DNA from: an uncultured Actinomycetota bacterium
GTDB taxonomy: Bacteria; Actinomycetota; Actinomycetes; Propionibacteriales; Propionibacteriaceae
Assembly: GCA_963821695.1 (NCBI GenBank)
Contig: CAWGEY010000009.1
Coordinates: 45,320 to 109,319, forward strand
Direction of reading: 5' to 3'
Length of the DNA stretch: 64,000 bases
The notes under the pieces were generated by a model that made no database searches, was not told the DNA's origin, and was given only the letters and a program-made list of their open reading frames with translations. This document shows, piece by piece, positions 21,687 to 32,438 of the stretch. Within the stretch, counting starts at the first letter, position 1. Every line of letters begins with the position of its first letter. A program made the position numbers and the translations under genes.

Positions 21687-22755
21687 ACCGACCCGGCGGC
21701 GAGCCGCTCGGCGGTGTCGGCCTCCTGCAGCGCCTCGACCACCGCGCGCAGATCCCCGTTCAGCACCTGATCGAGGTTGTAGGCCTTGAAGCCGATGCGG
21801 TGGTCCGCAAGCCGGTTCTCGCCGAAGTTGTAGGTGCGGATCCGCTCCGACCTATCCACCGTACGGATCTGCGACCGCCGGGCGGCGGACGCCTCCGCGG
21901 CCGCGGCTTCCTCGGCGGCGGCGGTCAACCGCGCGCGCAGCATCCGCATGGCCTGCTCGCGGTTCTGCAGCTGGGAACGCTCGTTTTGGCACGAGACCAC
22001 GATGCCGCTCGGCAGGTGGGTGATCCGGACCGCGGAGTCGGTGGTGTTCACGCCCTGCCCGCCGGGACCGGAGGAGCGGTACACGTCGATCCGCAGATCG
22101 CCCTCGTCGATGTCGACCTCGGACTCCTCGACCTCCGGCATCACCAGCACCCCGGCCGCGGACGTGTGTACCCGACCCTGGGACTCGGTCACGGGAACCC
22201 GCTGCACGCGGTGGACCCCACCCTCGAACTTCAGCACGCCGTACGGCATCTGGTCCGGCTCCCCCGCACTCGCCGCCTTGATGGCGACGGTGACCGATTT
22301 GTAGCCACCGAGGTCGGTCTCCTGGGCGTCGAGAATCTCGGTCTTCCAGCCACGCAGCTCCGCGTACCGGCTGTACATCTTGAGCAGGTCTGCGGCGAAC
22401 AGGGCCGACTCCTCACCGCCCTCGCCGGACTTGATCTCCATGATCGCGTCGGCCGAGTCGTTGGGGTCGCGCGGCGCCAGCAGCTTGGTCAGCCGCTCCG
22501 TCACCGGCACCAGGCGCTGCTCCAACTCACCCGCCTCGACGGCGAAGGCCTCGTCCTCGAGGGACAGTTCCTGGGCGGCGGTGAGATCGTCGGTCAACCG
22601 GTCGTACTCGTCCAGGGCGGTGACGATCGGCGTCAACTCGGCGTACCGGCGGCCGATCTGCGGGCCTTCGCCAGGTCGGCGTGCACGGCGGGGTCGCCCA
22701 TGGTCGCCTCGAGTTGCTTGAACTCCGCGCGCAGCGGCTCGGCTGACTCGAACAT
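21683..22755 (-). CDS. prfA: peptide chain release factor 1; frameshift near 22660
   Basis: N-terminus [12 protein letters not shown].. joins IGRRY. PVT stop-recognition motif, GGQ motif, [10 protein letters not shown]. Confidence 0.95.
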
Positions 22756-22840
22756 GCTTATCGCCTCCTATCGACTCGGCCGGCGTCCTTACGAGCGTCG
22801 GGTAGCGGAGCTGGAGACGCGAAGCGGGCGCGAGCAAGAC

Positions 22841-22881
22841 AACAACGCCGGGGAAGGGAAATCTCCCTAACCCGGCGTTGT
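22841..22881 (-). terminator. stem-loop downstream of rpmE
   Basis: ACAACGCCGGG ... CCCGGCGTTGT inverted repeat just after the rpmE stop. Confidence 0.6.
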
Positions 22882-22888
22882 GGTGTCG

Positions 22889-23113
22889 CTAGCGCTTCTT
22901 GGCGCCGCCCTGGTTGGCGTAGCGCTTCTCGAACCTGGCGACCCGGCCGCCGGTGTCGAGGATCTTCTGCTTGCCCGTATAGAAGGGGTGGCAGGCCGAG
23001 CAGACGTCGGCGTGCAGGACCCCGTTGGGCGCGGTGCTCTTGGTGGTGAACGTGTTGCCGCAGGTGCAGGTCACCTGGGTCTCCACGTACGCGGGATGGA
23101 TGTCGGGCTTCAT
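22889..23113 (-). CDS. rpmE: 50S ribosomal protein L31, zinc-binding (C+) form
   Basis: [30 protein letters not shown]. Confidence 0.97.
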   Translation of the reverse strand: MKPDIHPAYVETQVTCTCGNTFTTKSTAPNGVLHADVCSACHPFYTGKQKILDTGGRVARFEKRYANQGGAKKR

Positions 23114-23254
23114 GGTTCTCCTCGTTCTCATCGCACCGGGTCCCTACTGGGTGAACCGGCGCAGGAGGGCAATTGTGCCGCAGGCGCTCCTGGGGCACCA
23201 AATCTCCAACGCGCGGCAGCACGCGTTTAGTCCCCGCCAAAGATGCACCACCTT

Positions 23255-23292
23255 CTTGCATCGGCACCACGTGCACGTGGTGCCGATGCAAG
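23255..23292. repeat. perfect 38-bp spacerless palindrome between rho and rpmE
   Basis: CTTGCATCGGCACCACGTG|CACGTGGTGCCGATGCAAG. Confidence 0.9.
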
Positions 23293-23322
23293 TTCGGGGT
23301 GCGCCTGCGGGTCGCGTTGGAG

Positions 23323-25302
23323 CTACAGGGCCTCGCCTCGAGCAGGATTGCTCGGGATCGACTTCGTGATGGCCATCAGGAACTCGCCGTTGCTGTTGGT
23401 CTTGCGCAACCTGTCGAGCAGCATCTCCAGACCCTGCAGGTTCTCCAGGCCCGAAAGGACCCGGCGCAGCTTCCAGACGATGTTGAGTTCCTCTCGGCTC
23501 ATCAACAACTCCTCGCGGCGGGTGCTGGAGGCGTCGACGTCGATGGCCGGGAAGATCCGCTTCTCCGCGAACTCCCGGCGGAGCCGGATCTCGCAGTTGC
23601 CGGTGCCCTTGAACTCCTCGAAGATCACCTCGTCCATCTTCGACCCGGTCTCGACCAGAGCAGTGGCGATGATGGTCAGCGAGCCGCCGAACTCGATGTT
23701 GCGGGCCGCCCCGAGGAACTTCTTCGGCGGGTACAGCGCCGCGGAGTCCACGCCGCCGGACAGGATCCGACCGGAGGCGGGGGCCGCCAGGTTGTACGCC
23801 CGGCTGAGCCGGGTGATGCCGTCCAGCAGGACGACGACGTCGTGGCCGAGTTCGACGAGTCGCTTGGCCCGCTCGATGGCCAGCTCGGCCACCGTCGTGT
23901 GGTCCTCGGCGGGACGGTCGAAGGTCGAGGAGATGACCTCGCCCTTGACGGCCCGTTCGAAATCGGTGACCTCCTCAGGCCGCTCGTCGACCAGCACCAC
24001 CATGAGCTTGACCTCAGGGTTGTTGGTCGAGATGGCGTTGGCGATCTGCTGCATGACCATCGTCTTGCCCGCCTTGGACGGGGAGACGATGAGCGCCCGC
24101 TGGCCCTTGCCGATCGGGGAGATCAGGTCGATGATCCGGCCGGTCAGCTGCATCGGCGTGGTCTCGAGCTTGAGCCGCTCCTGCGGGTACAGCGGCGTCA
24201 GTTTGCCGAATTCGGGACGGGCCTTCAGCTGCTCGGCGTCGGTTCCGTTGACGGAGTCGATCCGGACCAGCGGATTGAACTTCTCCTTCCGCTCTCCATC
24301 GCGCGACGAGCGGATCGCGCCGGTCACCGCGTCACCCTTGCGCAGGCCGTACTTCTTCACCATCGAGAGCGACACGTACGCGTCGTTGGATCCAGGAAGG
24401 TAGCCGCCGGTGCGGACGAACGCGTAATTGTCGAGTACGTCGAGGATGCCGGCCGCCGGGACGATGACGTCGTCCTCCGACACGGTCGGTTCGGCTTCGA
24501 AGCGGTCCATCCCGGCGCCACCGCCACGGCTCCGCCGATTCTGTCGATCGCGGTTGCGGCGCCGCCGGCCCCGACGTCCGCCGCCGTCGTCGTCGTAGTC
24601 CCGGTTCTGCTGATTCGACTGGTTCTGCTGCGTTTGCTGGTCGCGATTTTGCTGACCCTGGTCGCGATTTTGCTGACCTTGCTGATTCTGGTCGCGATTT
24701 TGCTGGCCCTGCTGATTCTGGTCGCGATTCTGGTCGCGGTTGCGGCGATTCCGGCGATCACCGTTGTTGTCGTCGCGGTTCTGGGTATCGCCGCGATTCT
24801 CGTTCCCCCGGTCGGACTCGGTCCGCTGGCCGTTCCCGACGCTCTGGTCGAGAGGCGGCTGAGCCGATGCCGTCTGGGCGGGCGCGGTCTGAACGGGTGC
24901 GGCCTGCTCCGGCGCGGTCTGAACGGGTGCCGTCTGCACCGGCGCCGTCTGAACCGGCGCCGTCTGCACCGGCGCCGTCTGAACCGGCGGGGTGTCATTC
25001 TCCGGCGCGCGGCGCGCCCCGTTCCCGGAGCCGGCTGCGGTCTGCGAGTCGGCGGTGTTCCCGAGGTTCGCCGGGCGCTCGGCGGCGGGCTTGGCGCCGC
25101 CCTGGGCGCCGCGGATGGCGTCGATCAGTTGGCCCTTCCGCATGGTCCCGGTCCCCCGCAGACCGAGGGACGAGGCGAGCTGCTTGAGCTCCGGCAGGAC
25201 CATCGAGTCCAGACCCGATCCCTTGCGCTTGCGGCCACCGGCGGCTGTGGTGTCCACCGATGGCTCGGCGGTCGGGGTGTTGACTTCGGCGATGTCGGTC
25301 AC
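23323..25302 (-). CDS. rho: transcription termination factor Rho with long N-terminal insertion
   Basis: LPELKQLA..MRKGQLI (Rho_N), YAFVRTGGY, SPSKAGKT, DERPEE, EEFKGTGN. GAGACAAAGGAAG upstream of the GTG. Confidence 0.97.
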   Translation of the reverse strand: MTDIAEVNTPTAEPSVDTTAAGGRKRKGSGLDSMVLPELKQLASSLGLRGTGTMRKGQLIDAIRGAQGGAKPAAERPANLGNTADSQTAAGSGNGARRAPENDTPPVQTAPVQTAPVQTAPVQTAPVQTAPEQAAPVQTAPAQTASAQPPLDQSVGNGQRTESDRGNENRGDTQNRDDNNGDRRNRRNRDQNRDQNQQGQQNRDQNQQGQQNRDQGQQNRDQQTQQNQSNQQNRDYDDDGGGRRGRRRRNRDRQNRRSRGGGAGMDRFEAEPTVSEDDVIVPAAGILDVLDNYAFVRTGGYLPGSNDAYVSLSMVKKYGLRKGDAVTGAIRSSRDGERKEKFNPLVRIDSVNGTDAEQLKARPEFGKLTPLYPQERLKLETTPMQLTGRIIDLISPIGKGQRALIVSPSKAGKTMVMQQIANAISTNNPEVKLMVVLVDERPEEVTDFERAVKGEVISSTFDRPAEDHTTVAELAIERAKRLVELGHDVVVLLDGITRLSRAYNLAAPASGRILSGGVDSAALYPPKKFLGAARNIEFGGSLTIIATALVETGSKMDEVIFEEFKGTGNCEIRLRREFAEKRIFPAIDVDASSTRREELLMSREELNIVWKLRRVLSGLENLQGLEMLLDRLRKTNSNGEFLMAITKSIPSNPARGEAL

Positions 25303-25652
25303 GTGCTTCCTTTGTCTCGGGCCGATCGGCCCATTTTCATGATTCGCTGCCGGCCGACTCGTTGCGTCGGACCCGACAGATCGCACTCTGCTGTGGTTTC
25401 GTACTCATCTCGTTCCGGCCCGCCGCTGCGGACCCCGTTCACCCGTTGCACCGATGACGTGCACTGCTCTCAGCTCAAGTACTGCGTGATGATGTAGGCC
25501 GGGAATGGATCGAGTGGCTTCATTCCTTGGGCACCGGACCTGCGGTGCTGCCGAATCGGGACAGATGGCTACGTCTGGCCAATCACCGCTCGACGACACC
25601 AGGCTAGCACCACATCCGGCACGTGTGTCACATTCGCTCCCGCGGTGGATTC

Positions 25653-26582
25653 TCAGTCAGGTCCTGCGGAATCGTCCGGCCCGGCCGACTCGACCAGTCC
25701 CCCGGTGCCGATCTGCACCGCACGTCCGTTGAATCCCGGCGTCGCCGACGAAGCCAGCACCGGCAGATCCGAGGTCCGACCGAGCACCAGTACGGACGGT
25801 CCGGCCCCGCTGATCACCGCGGCCCAGCCCTGCCGACGCAGGTCGGCCAGCAGCGCGTACGACGCGGGCATGGCCGGCCGCCGGTACTCCTGATGCAGCC
25901 AGTCCCGGGTGGCCTCGGCCAGCAGGGCGGGCTCGGCGCCCAGAGCGTGGACGAGCAGAGCCGCTCGAGCGGCGTTCGCCGCGGCATCGGCATGCGGGAT
26001 CGACGCCGGCAACAGCGTCCGGGCGTGGGTCGTGGCCAGGGCCTCGTCGGCCACGAACATCCAGCCTGACACGTCCGGATGCACCGGGATCTGAGCCACC
26101 CGCGGCTCGCTCCCGGCCGAGAAGGCGACCACGAAGCCGCCATAGATGGCGGCCGCCACATTGTCCGGGTGACCCTCGATCGCCGTGGCGTGCCGCAGCA
26201 ACCAGTCTCGATCCGGGCCCAACTCGGCAAGCCCGCGGGCGGCTAGCAAACCCGCGACGATGGCCGCCGAGGAGGAGCCCAGGCCGCGCCCGTGCGGCAC
26301 GGTGTTGTGCGCCCGCAGTCGCAGGCCGGAGGCCTGGCGGCCCAGGTCGCTGAGCCCGGCGATGGCGCTGGCCACGATCAGATGGGAGTGGTCGCGCGGC
26401 AGCTGCGCTGCTCCCTCGCCGGTGACCTCGACGGCGTACCCCGCCGGGATCACCTCGACACTGACCCGGTCCCGCCAGTCCAGAGCCAGCCCGAACGCGT
26501 CGAATCCGGGACCCACGTTGGCACTCGTCGCCGGCGCGGCGACACTCACCTGTCGGCCGACCTCGAGTGCTGAGCCGGTCAT
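25653..26582 (-). CDS. thrB: homoserine kinase
   Basis: PATSANVGPGFD, PHGRGLGSSSAA, EGHPDN, SGAGPS. Confidence 0.95.
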   Translation of the reverse strand: MTGSALEVGRQVSVAAPATSANVGPGFDAFGLALDWRDRVSVEVIPAGYAVEVTGEGAAQLPRDHSHLIVASAIAGLSDLGRQASGLRLRAHNTVPHGRGLGSSSAAIVAGLLAARGLAELGPDRDWLLRHATAIEGHPDNVAAAIYGGFVVAFSAGSEPRVAQIPVHPDVSGWMFVADEALATTHARTLLPASIPHADAAANAARAALLVHALGAEPALLAEATRDWLHQEYRRPAMPASYALLADLRRQGWAAVISGAGPSVLVLGRTSDLPVLASSATPGFNGRAVQIGTGGLVESAGPDDSAGPD

Positions 26583-26601
26583 CTCGGCGGGCAAGCGGAC
26601 C

Positions 26602-27699
26602 TCAACCGGAGAAGCCGCAGGCATCCGCGACCCGGTCCAACTCGGCCGGCACGATCTGGGCCTGGGTGGGCGTCCGGGCCGACAGGGCCGTGTCCACGTC
26701 CTTGAGGCCGTGTCCGGTGACGGTGACCACGATCTGTTGGCCGGGCAGAACCTCGCCGCGCTCCAACCGCGAGAACAGTCCGGCGACGCCGGAAGCCGAC
26801 GCCGGTTCGACGAAGACGCCTTCCCGGGCGGCCAGGAATGCCTGCGCAGCAAGGATTTGTTCGTCGGTCACGGCCTCGAACAGACCGCCGGATTCGCGCT
26901 GGGCCGCGACGGCGGAATCGGTCGACGCCGGGTTGCCGATCCGGATGGCGGTGGCCAGGGTTTCGGGCTTCTCCACCGGGTGACCGAGCACCAACGGCGC
27001 CGCTCCGCTCGCCTGGAACGCCCACACCCGCGGGGTACGCGAGGCCAGACCTGCCTCCGCGTACTGGGTGTAACCGCGCCAGTAGGCCGAGATGTTCCCG
27101 CCGTTCCCCACCGGCATCACATGCAGGTCGGGAGCGTCGCCGAGGGCATCGACGATCTCGAACGCGGCGGTCTTTTGGCCCTCGATCCGTACCTTGTTGA
27201 CCGAATTCACCAACGCCACCGGGTAGTGCTCGGCGAGGCCGCGGGCCAGCCGCAGACAGTCGTCGAAGTTGCCCTCGATCTGGACCACATGCGCCCCGTG
27301 CACGATCGCCTGGGCGAGCTTGCCGGCCGCGATCTTGCCCGCCGGGAGCAGCACGACGGGTCGCATTCCCGCCTTCGCGGCGTACGCAGCGGCCGAGGCC
27401 GAGGTATTCCCGGTCGAGGCGCAGACGACCGCTTCGGCGCCGTCGCCGGCGGAGACACTGACCGCTACCGTCATGCCTCGATCCTTGAACGACCCGGTCG
27501 GGTTGGCGCCCTCGACCTTCAGCCAGACCTCACAGTCCAACCGGGCCGACAACACCTCGGCCCGAACCAGCGGGGTGTCGCCCTCGCCGAGGGTGATCAC
27601 CGGGTCCGTATCGCGAACGGGCAGCCAATCCCGATAGCGGGCGATCACGCCACGCTGAGGCACGGCGCTGCCGGCCCGGGGCTCGAGGTGCACGCTCAC
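26602..27699 (-). CDS. thrC: threonine synthase
   Basis: [33 protein letters not shown]. Confidence 0.96.
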   Translation of the reverse strand: MSVHLEPRAGSAVPQRGVIARYRDWLPVRDTDPVITLGEGDTPLVRAEVLSARLDCEVWLKVEGANPTGSFKDRGMTVAVSVSAGDGAEAVVCASTGNTSASAAAYAAKAGMRPVVLLPAGKIAAGKLAQAIVHGAHVVQIEGNFDDCLRLARGLAEHYPVALVNSVNKVRIEGQKTAAFEIVDALGDAPDLHVMPVGNGGNISAYWRGYTQYAEAGLASRTPRVWAFQASGAAPLVLGHPVEKPETLATAIRIGNPASTDSAVAAQRESGGLFEAVTDEQILAAQAFLAAREGVFVEPASASGVAGLFSRLERGEVLPGQQIVVTVTGHGLKDVDTALSARTPTQAQIVPAELDRVADACGFSG

Positions 27700-27700
27700 G

Positions 27701-29131
27701 TCACTCGCCTTCCACGCGCATCACACTGCGAACCGACCGTACGGCGGCCAGTTGCTCGAGATCCCGGACCGTCGCGCTGAGGTCGGCGTCCCGGCCCCGA
27801 TGAGTCACGATGACGAGCTGGGCCTCAGCACCGCGTCCCTGCTGTCGGACGGTTTGGATCGAGACGGCATGCTCGGCGAAACAATGCGCCACCGTGGCGA
27901 GCACGCCCGCGACGTCGTCCACCTCGAGCGAGATGTGGTAGCGGGTCAAGACCCCGTCGATCGGCACCACCGGGAGGGCAGCGTAGCTGGACTCACCGGG
28001 TCCGGCCGCCCCTCGGAGCCGGTTCCGGCCCACCGTGACCAGGTCGCCGAGCACCGCACTCGCCGTCGGCGATCCGCCCGCGCCCGGACCGTAGAACATG
28101 AGCCGGCCGGCCGAGCGGGACTCGACGAACACCGCGTTGTACGCGCCGCCGACCGAGGCCAGCGGATGGGTCCGGGGAATCATCGCGGGGTGCACCCGGA
28201 CGGTCACCGACGCCGGGTCACCCGGCTCGTCAGCCGGCACCTGCTCACAGATCGCCAGCAACTTGACCAGGCAGCCGATCTCGCGAGCGGCGGCGATGTC
28301 GGAGGCGGTCACCTCGGTGATGCCCTCGCGGTAGACGTCGGCCGCGCGGACCCGGGTGTGGAAAGCGAGGCTGGCCAGGATGGCCGCCTTGGCCGCGGAG
28401 TCGAACCCCTCCACGTCCGCGGTCGGGTCGGCCTCCGCATAGCCCAGTTGCTGGGCCTCGGCCAAGGTGTCGCCGAAGCCGGCGCCCACGGCGTCCATCT
28501 TGTCCAGGATGTAGTTGGTCGTGCCGTTGACGATGCCGATCACCGACGTGATCTCATCGCCCACCAGCGACTCCCGCAGCGGCCGGATGATGGGGATCGC
28601 TCCGGCCACCGCGGCCTCGAAGTAGAGGTCCACGCCGGCGTCCTCGGCGGCCCGGAAGAGGGTCGCGCCGTCCTCGGCCAACAGCGCCTTGTTCGCCGTG
28701 ATGACCGAGGCGCCGTTCGCCATCGCCTGCAGGATCAGTGAGCGCGCGGGCTCGAGGCCGCCGATGAGCTCGATCACCACGTCCAGGTCGCCCCGGTCGA
28801 CCAGTTCGGCGGCATCGGTGGTGATCAGTTCCGGGTCGATGTCGGCCCGGTCCCGGCCGGCACGACGGACGGCGATGCCCACGAGTTCGAGCGGTCGCCC
28901 GACGCGAGCCCGAAGATCCGTGGCCTGCTGGGTGATCAGCCGCGCGACCGCACTGCCGACGGTGCCGCAGCCCAGGAGGGCGATGCGCAACGGGGCTCCG
29001 TCCCCGACGGTCGGGGACAACTCGGAACTGGGGTCGGAACTGGGGTCGGAACGGGCGTCGGAGTCGCGGGTGGCGCCGGGGTCGACCGAGGACGGCCGCG
29101 CCCGCGGCGGTCGTACGGTCGTCGTGGTCAC
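27701..29131 (-). CDS. hom: homoserine dehydrogenase with ACT domain
   Basis: [43 protein letters not shown]. Low-complexity N-terminal extension; start approximate. Confidence 0.94.
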   Translation of the reverse strand: MTTTTVRPPRARPSSVDPGATRDSDARSDPSSDPSSELSPTVGDGAPLRIALLGCGTVGSAVARLITQQATDLRARVGRPLELVGIAVRRAGRDRADIDPELITTDAAELVDRGDLDVVIELIGGLEPARSLILQAMANGASVITANKALLAEDGATLFRAAEDAGVDLYFEAAVAGAIPIIRPLRESLVGDEITSVIGIVNGTTNYILDKMDAVGAGFGDTLAEAQQLGYAEADPTADVEGFDSAAKAAILASLAFHTRVRAADVYREGITEVTASDIAAAREIGCLVKLLAICEQVPADEPGDPASVTVRVHPAMIPRTHPLASVGGAYNAVFVESRSAGRLMFYGPGAGGSPTASAVLGDLVTVGRNRLRGAAGPGESSYAALPVVPIDGVLTRYHISLEVDDVAGVLATVAHCFAEHAVSIQTVRQQGRGAEAQLVIVTHRGRDADLSATVRDLEQLAAVRSVRSVMRVEGE

Positions 29132-29255
29132 GGGACTTGATCCCCTCGGCTGGTGGGCGTGCGAACTACCAATGTTGTCGCGGATCCGGACATCGGCAGG
29201 ATCATTGTTCACCATGTGGCCCCCGCGATGTGACCCCGCGCGCCTCGGCCGCGGC

Positions 29256-30656
29256 TCAGCCGACGTCGAGCTCCAGTAGGTCCGCGAGGGTCTCCCGCCG
29301 GATGATGGTCGTGAGCTCGCCGTCGCGGACCGCGACCACCGGCGGCCGCGGAACGTGGTTGTAGTTGCTGGCCATCGACCGGCTGTAGGCGCCCGCAGCC
29401 GGCACCGCGAGCAGGTCACCCGGCCGGATGTCGGCGGGCAGGTACTCGTCCCGAACGAGGATGTCGCCGCCCTCACAATGCTTGCCCACGACCCGGGCCA
29501 AGGTGGCCGGGGCGTCGCTGCGCCGCGAGGCCAACGTCGCGGAGTATTCGGCGGCGTAGAGCGCGGTGCGGATGTTGTCGCTCATCCCACCGTCCACCGA
29601 CACGTACAGCCGGGTGTTCCGGTCGTCGACGTCAACCACCTTGACCGTGCCGACCTCGTACAGGGCGAAGGCGCTCGGCCCGCTGATCGCGCGTCCGGGC
29701 TCGATCGAGAGATGGGGTACGACGATACCGAGGGCGGCGCACTCCGCGGCGATGATCCGGCCCAGTGACGCGGCCAACTCGGCCGGGGTAGCCGGGGTGT
29801 CGGCACTGGTGTAGGCGATACCGAATCCCCCGCCGAGATCGAGTTCGGGGAGGACGACGCCGGTCTGCTGGGTGAACTCGGCCTGCAACCTGAGCGTGCG
29901 CCGGGCGGCGACGTGGAACCCTTCCGTGTCGAAGATCTGCGACCCGATGTGGGAGTGAATGCCGATCAACTCCAGGGACGGATCGGCGTGACAGGCGAGC
30001 AGCGCCCGCTCGGCCTGAGCCGCGGCGATGGAGAAGCCGAACTTCTGGTCCTCGTGGGCGGTCGCGATGTAGGCGTGGGTGTGCGCCTCGACCCCCGTCG
30101 TGACGCGGACCATGACCCGCGGCCGGTTCGGGCGCCCAGCCGCGAGGCGCGACAACCGGTCGATCTCGTCGAAGGAATCGACGATGATCCGGCCGACGCC
30201 CGCGTCCAGCGCGGCCTCGATCTCGGCCTCGCTCTTGTTGTTGCCGTGCAGCCCGATCCGGGCGGCGGGCACCCCGGCCCGCAGGGCCACCGCCAACTCC
30301 CCACCGGTGCAGACGTCGACGCCGAGTCCTTCCTCGGCCACCCAGCGGGCCACGGCCGTGCACAGGAACGATTTGCCGGCGTAGTAGACGTCCCAGTTCG
30401 CGAAGGCGGTCCGGAACGCTCGTGCGCGCTCACGCAGATCGTCCTCGTCCACCACGTACACCGGGGTGCCGACTTCCCTGGCGATCCAGTCGGCGCGGAG
30501 CCCGGCCACGCAGAGCCTGCCCTCCCCGTCCTTGGTGACGTGGCGACTCCAGAGTCGAGACAGCAGCGTGTTGGCGTCCGTGGGACGCGCCAGCCAGTGC
30601 GGTTCGCGGGTTTCGGCGTCGGCATGGATCGAACCCGCGACGTGGGTGTGACTCAT
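29256..30656 (-). CDS. lysA: diaminopimelate decarboxylase
   Basis: YAGKSF (PLP Lys), HIGSQI, EPGR, DGGMSDN, HCEGGD. Confidence 0.96.
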   Translation of the reverse strand: MSHTHVAGSIHADAETREPHWLARPTDANTLLSRLWSRHVTKDGEGRLCVAGLRADWIAREVGTPVYVVDEDDLRERARAFRTAFANWDVYYAGKSFLCTAVARWVAEEGLGVDVCTGGELAVALRAGVPAARIGLHGNNKSEAEIEAALDAGVGRIIVDSFDEIDRLSRLAAGRPNRPRVMVRVTTGVEAHTHAYIATAHEDQKFGFSIAAAQAERALLACHADPSLELIGIHSHIGSQIFDTEGFHVAARRTLRLQAEFTQQTGVVLPELDLGGGFGIAYTSADTPATPAELAASLGRIIAAECAALGIVVPHLSIEPGRAISGPSAFALYEVGTVKVVDVDDRNTRLYVSVDGGMSDNIRTALYAAEYSATLASRRSDAPATLARVVGKHCEGGDILVRDEYLPADIRPGDLLAVPAAGAYSRSMASNYNHVPRPPVVAVRDGELTTIIRRETLADLLELDVG

Positions 30657-30857
30657 CGCGGTGCGCCCTCCGGACGAGCAGCAGGTACGGCCCCGAACTC
30701 CATCCGGGCACTCTGCCAGATCCGGACGGTCGGCGAGCCCAGGATTATGACGTGGACGGCAAGGCTGCGATCGGGACCGGGACGGATACCCTCACCCCGA
30801 TGACGGGCGCCGATCGCCCGCCCGGCACTGGTACATTTCTCTTCGGCCCAAAGCCCG

Positions 30858-30932
30858 GCCCCCGTAGCTCAGGGGATAGAGCACCGCCCTCCGGAGGCGG
30901 GAGCGCAGGTTCGAATCCTGCCGGGGGCGCCA
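30858..30932 (+). tRNA. tRNA-Arg(CCG)
   Basis: Acceptor stem GCCCCCG/CGGGGGC, anticodon arm CCGCC-CT-CCG-GA-GGCGG, GGTTCGAATCC, encoded CCA. TGG-TACATT extended -10 at 30829-30837. Confidence 0.97.
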
Positions 30933-30951
30933 AGATGTGTGATGGATGGAG

Positions 30952-31001
30952 TGTGCAGTTTCGGCCCGGTTTCCGTCCGCCGGTGGGGCGAGAACTGCAC
31001 A
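30952..31001. repeat. imperfect inverted repeat after tRNA-Arg (terminator or REP-like element)
   Basis: TGTGCAGTT (30952-30960) and AACTGCACA (30993-31001), with a GC-rich inner stem. Confidence 0.6.
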
Positions 31002-31041
31002 GTTCACCGATCGTGGACCCTGTGGGAAGGTGTCGCCACCC

Positions 31042-32358
31042 GTGACGAGCGAGACCTCTGCCGAGTCCGGGCTGCGCAGCTGGTACGACCGGCGCCGCGG
31101 CCCGGCCACCGTGGTGGCGGGGTGGCTGATCACCCGGGCGCTGATCGTCGTCATTCTCGTCCGCTTCGAGAGCTTCGTCGTCGGCGACGTGTATTACTAC
31201 CACCGCAAGATCGCCTCGCTCTTCGACTCCGGCCTGAGCCAGACGCTGATCGAGTATCCGACCCCGGTGGTCTGGATTCTCTGGTTGCCATTCGCCGTCA
31301 CCGGCGGCGCGGCGTTCGGCTATCTGATCGCCTTCATGGCTTTCATGCTGGCCCTCGATGCCGCCTTCACCTTCGCGCTCTACCGCACCGGTGGCCGCCG
31401 GCATGACGTCTCGATCGACTTCTGGATCCTGTTCGTGTTCTTGATCGGTCCGCTCAGCTATCTTCGATTCGACGTGCTGCCGGCCGTGCTCGCCGGCGGC
31501 GCCCTGCTCGCGGCCCGTCGCCGACCCTGGGTGAGCGGTGCCCTCACCGGCCTGGGCGCAGCGATCAAGCTGTGGCCGGCGCTGCTGATCGCGGCGTTCT
31601 GCGCTTACCGCCCAGACCGCCGGGCTGCCGGCTGGGCCTTCGTGGCCGTCGGCTTCGGGCTCGCGGCGCTCAGTCTGGTCACCGGTGGGTTCAGCCGACT
31701 CATCTCTCCGCTGACCTGGCAGTCGGGTCGCGGCCTGCAGGTCGAATCCGTCTGGGCCACGCCCCTGATGATCGCGCGGGCGTTCGGCGGTTCAATCGGC
31801 GGAGCCTGGACGGTGGACTACTCGCGCTATCAGGCGTACGAGATCTTCGGTCCCGGCGTCGAGCTCTGGGTGCAGATCAGCAACATCGCCACCGTGGCCG
31901 GGCTCGTACTGCTGGTGCTGCTGTGGATCCGGGCCTACCGCAACGGCGCCATCTCCCCGATCGCCGTCGGCCTGATCGTGCTGGGCACGGTGGCGATCAT
32001 GACCATTACCAACAAGACGCTCAGCCCGCAGTATCTGCTCTGGCTCGGGGGTCCCATGGCGGCGCTGCTGCTGCTCCGTCGGGACGGCTCGGCGGCGCAG
32101 CGGCGGGCCGTCAACCGGCTCGCCGTGCACCTGCTCGTGCTGGCGCTGCTGACCCAGTTGGTCTATCCCCTGCTCTACGACGGACTGCTCGGCTTCCGCA
32201 CTTCGACCATGGTCGTCGTGGCCACCGTGGTGACCTCGCTGCGCAACCTCGCGCTGTTGTTGTTCACGGTCGAGGTATACCGGACAGCGTGGATCTTCGC
32301 CGGCGGCCGCGATGGTACCTACCAGTCCCCAACTGGTACGGAATCTTCGCTAGATTAG
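31042..32358 (+). CDS. GT-C fold glycosyltransferase family 87 protein
   Basis: GDVYYY, EYP, RFD, IKLWP, RGLQVES, NKTLSPQY; many TM helices. Confidence 0.85.
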   Translation: MTSETSAESGLRSWYDRRRGPATVVAGWLITRALIVVILVRFESFVVGDVYYYHRKIASLFDSGLSQTLIEYPTPVVWILWLPFAVTGGAAFGYLIAFMAFMLALDAAFTFALYRTGGRRHDVSIDFWILFVFLIGPLSYLRFDVLPAVLAGGALLAARRRPWVSGALTGLGAAIKLWPALLIAAFCAYRPDRRAAGWAFVAVGFGLAALSLVTGGFSRLISPLTWQSGRGLQVESVWATPLMIARAFGGSIGGAWTVDYSRYQAYEIFGPGVELWVQISNIATVAGLVLLVLLWIRAYRNGAISPIAVGLIVLGTVAIMTITNKTLSPQYLLWLGGPMAALLLLRRDGSAAQRRAVNRLAVHLLVLALLTQLVYPLLYDGLLGFRTSTMVVVATVVTSLRNLALLLFTVEVYRTAWIFAGGRDGTYQSPTGTESSLD

Positions 32359-32438
32359 GAGGTCGAGACGGCAGGCCGCTCCTGCCCGAACCCGGCGGAA
32401 ATACCGAACAGACAAATGAATCACCGATGAAGGGATGA

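Noticed and set aside
22640-22680. Programmed frameshift in prfA (as in prfB)
   Set aside because: No CTT-TGA slippery site, and similar indels occur throughout the window, so a sequencing error is more likely.
23173-25497. 774-aa + strand ORF
   Set aside because: Antisense shadow of rho, typical of high-GC codon bias.
30858-31041. Prophage or ICE integrated at tRNA-Arg
   Set aside because: No integrase and no duplicated tRNA 3' end in the window. The region after tRNA-Met (63960-64000) is too short to judge.
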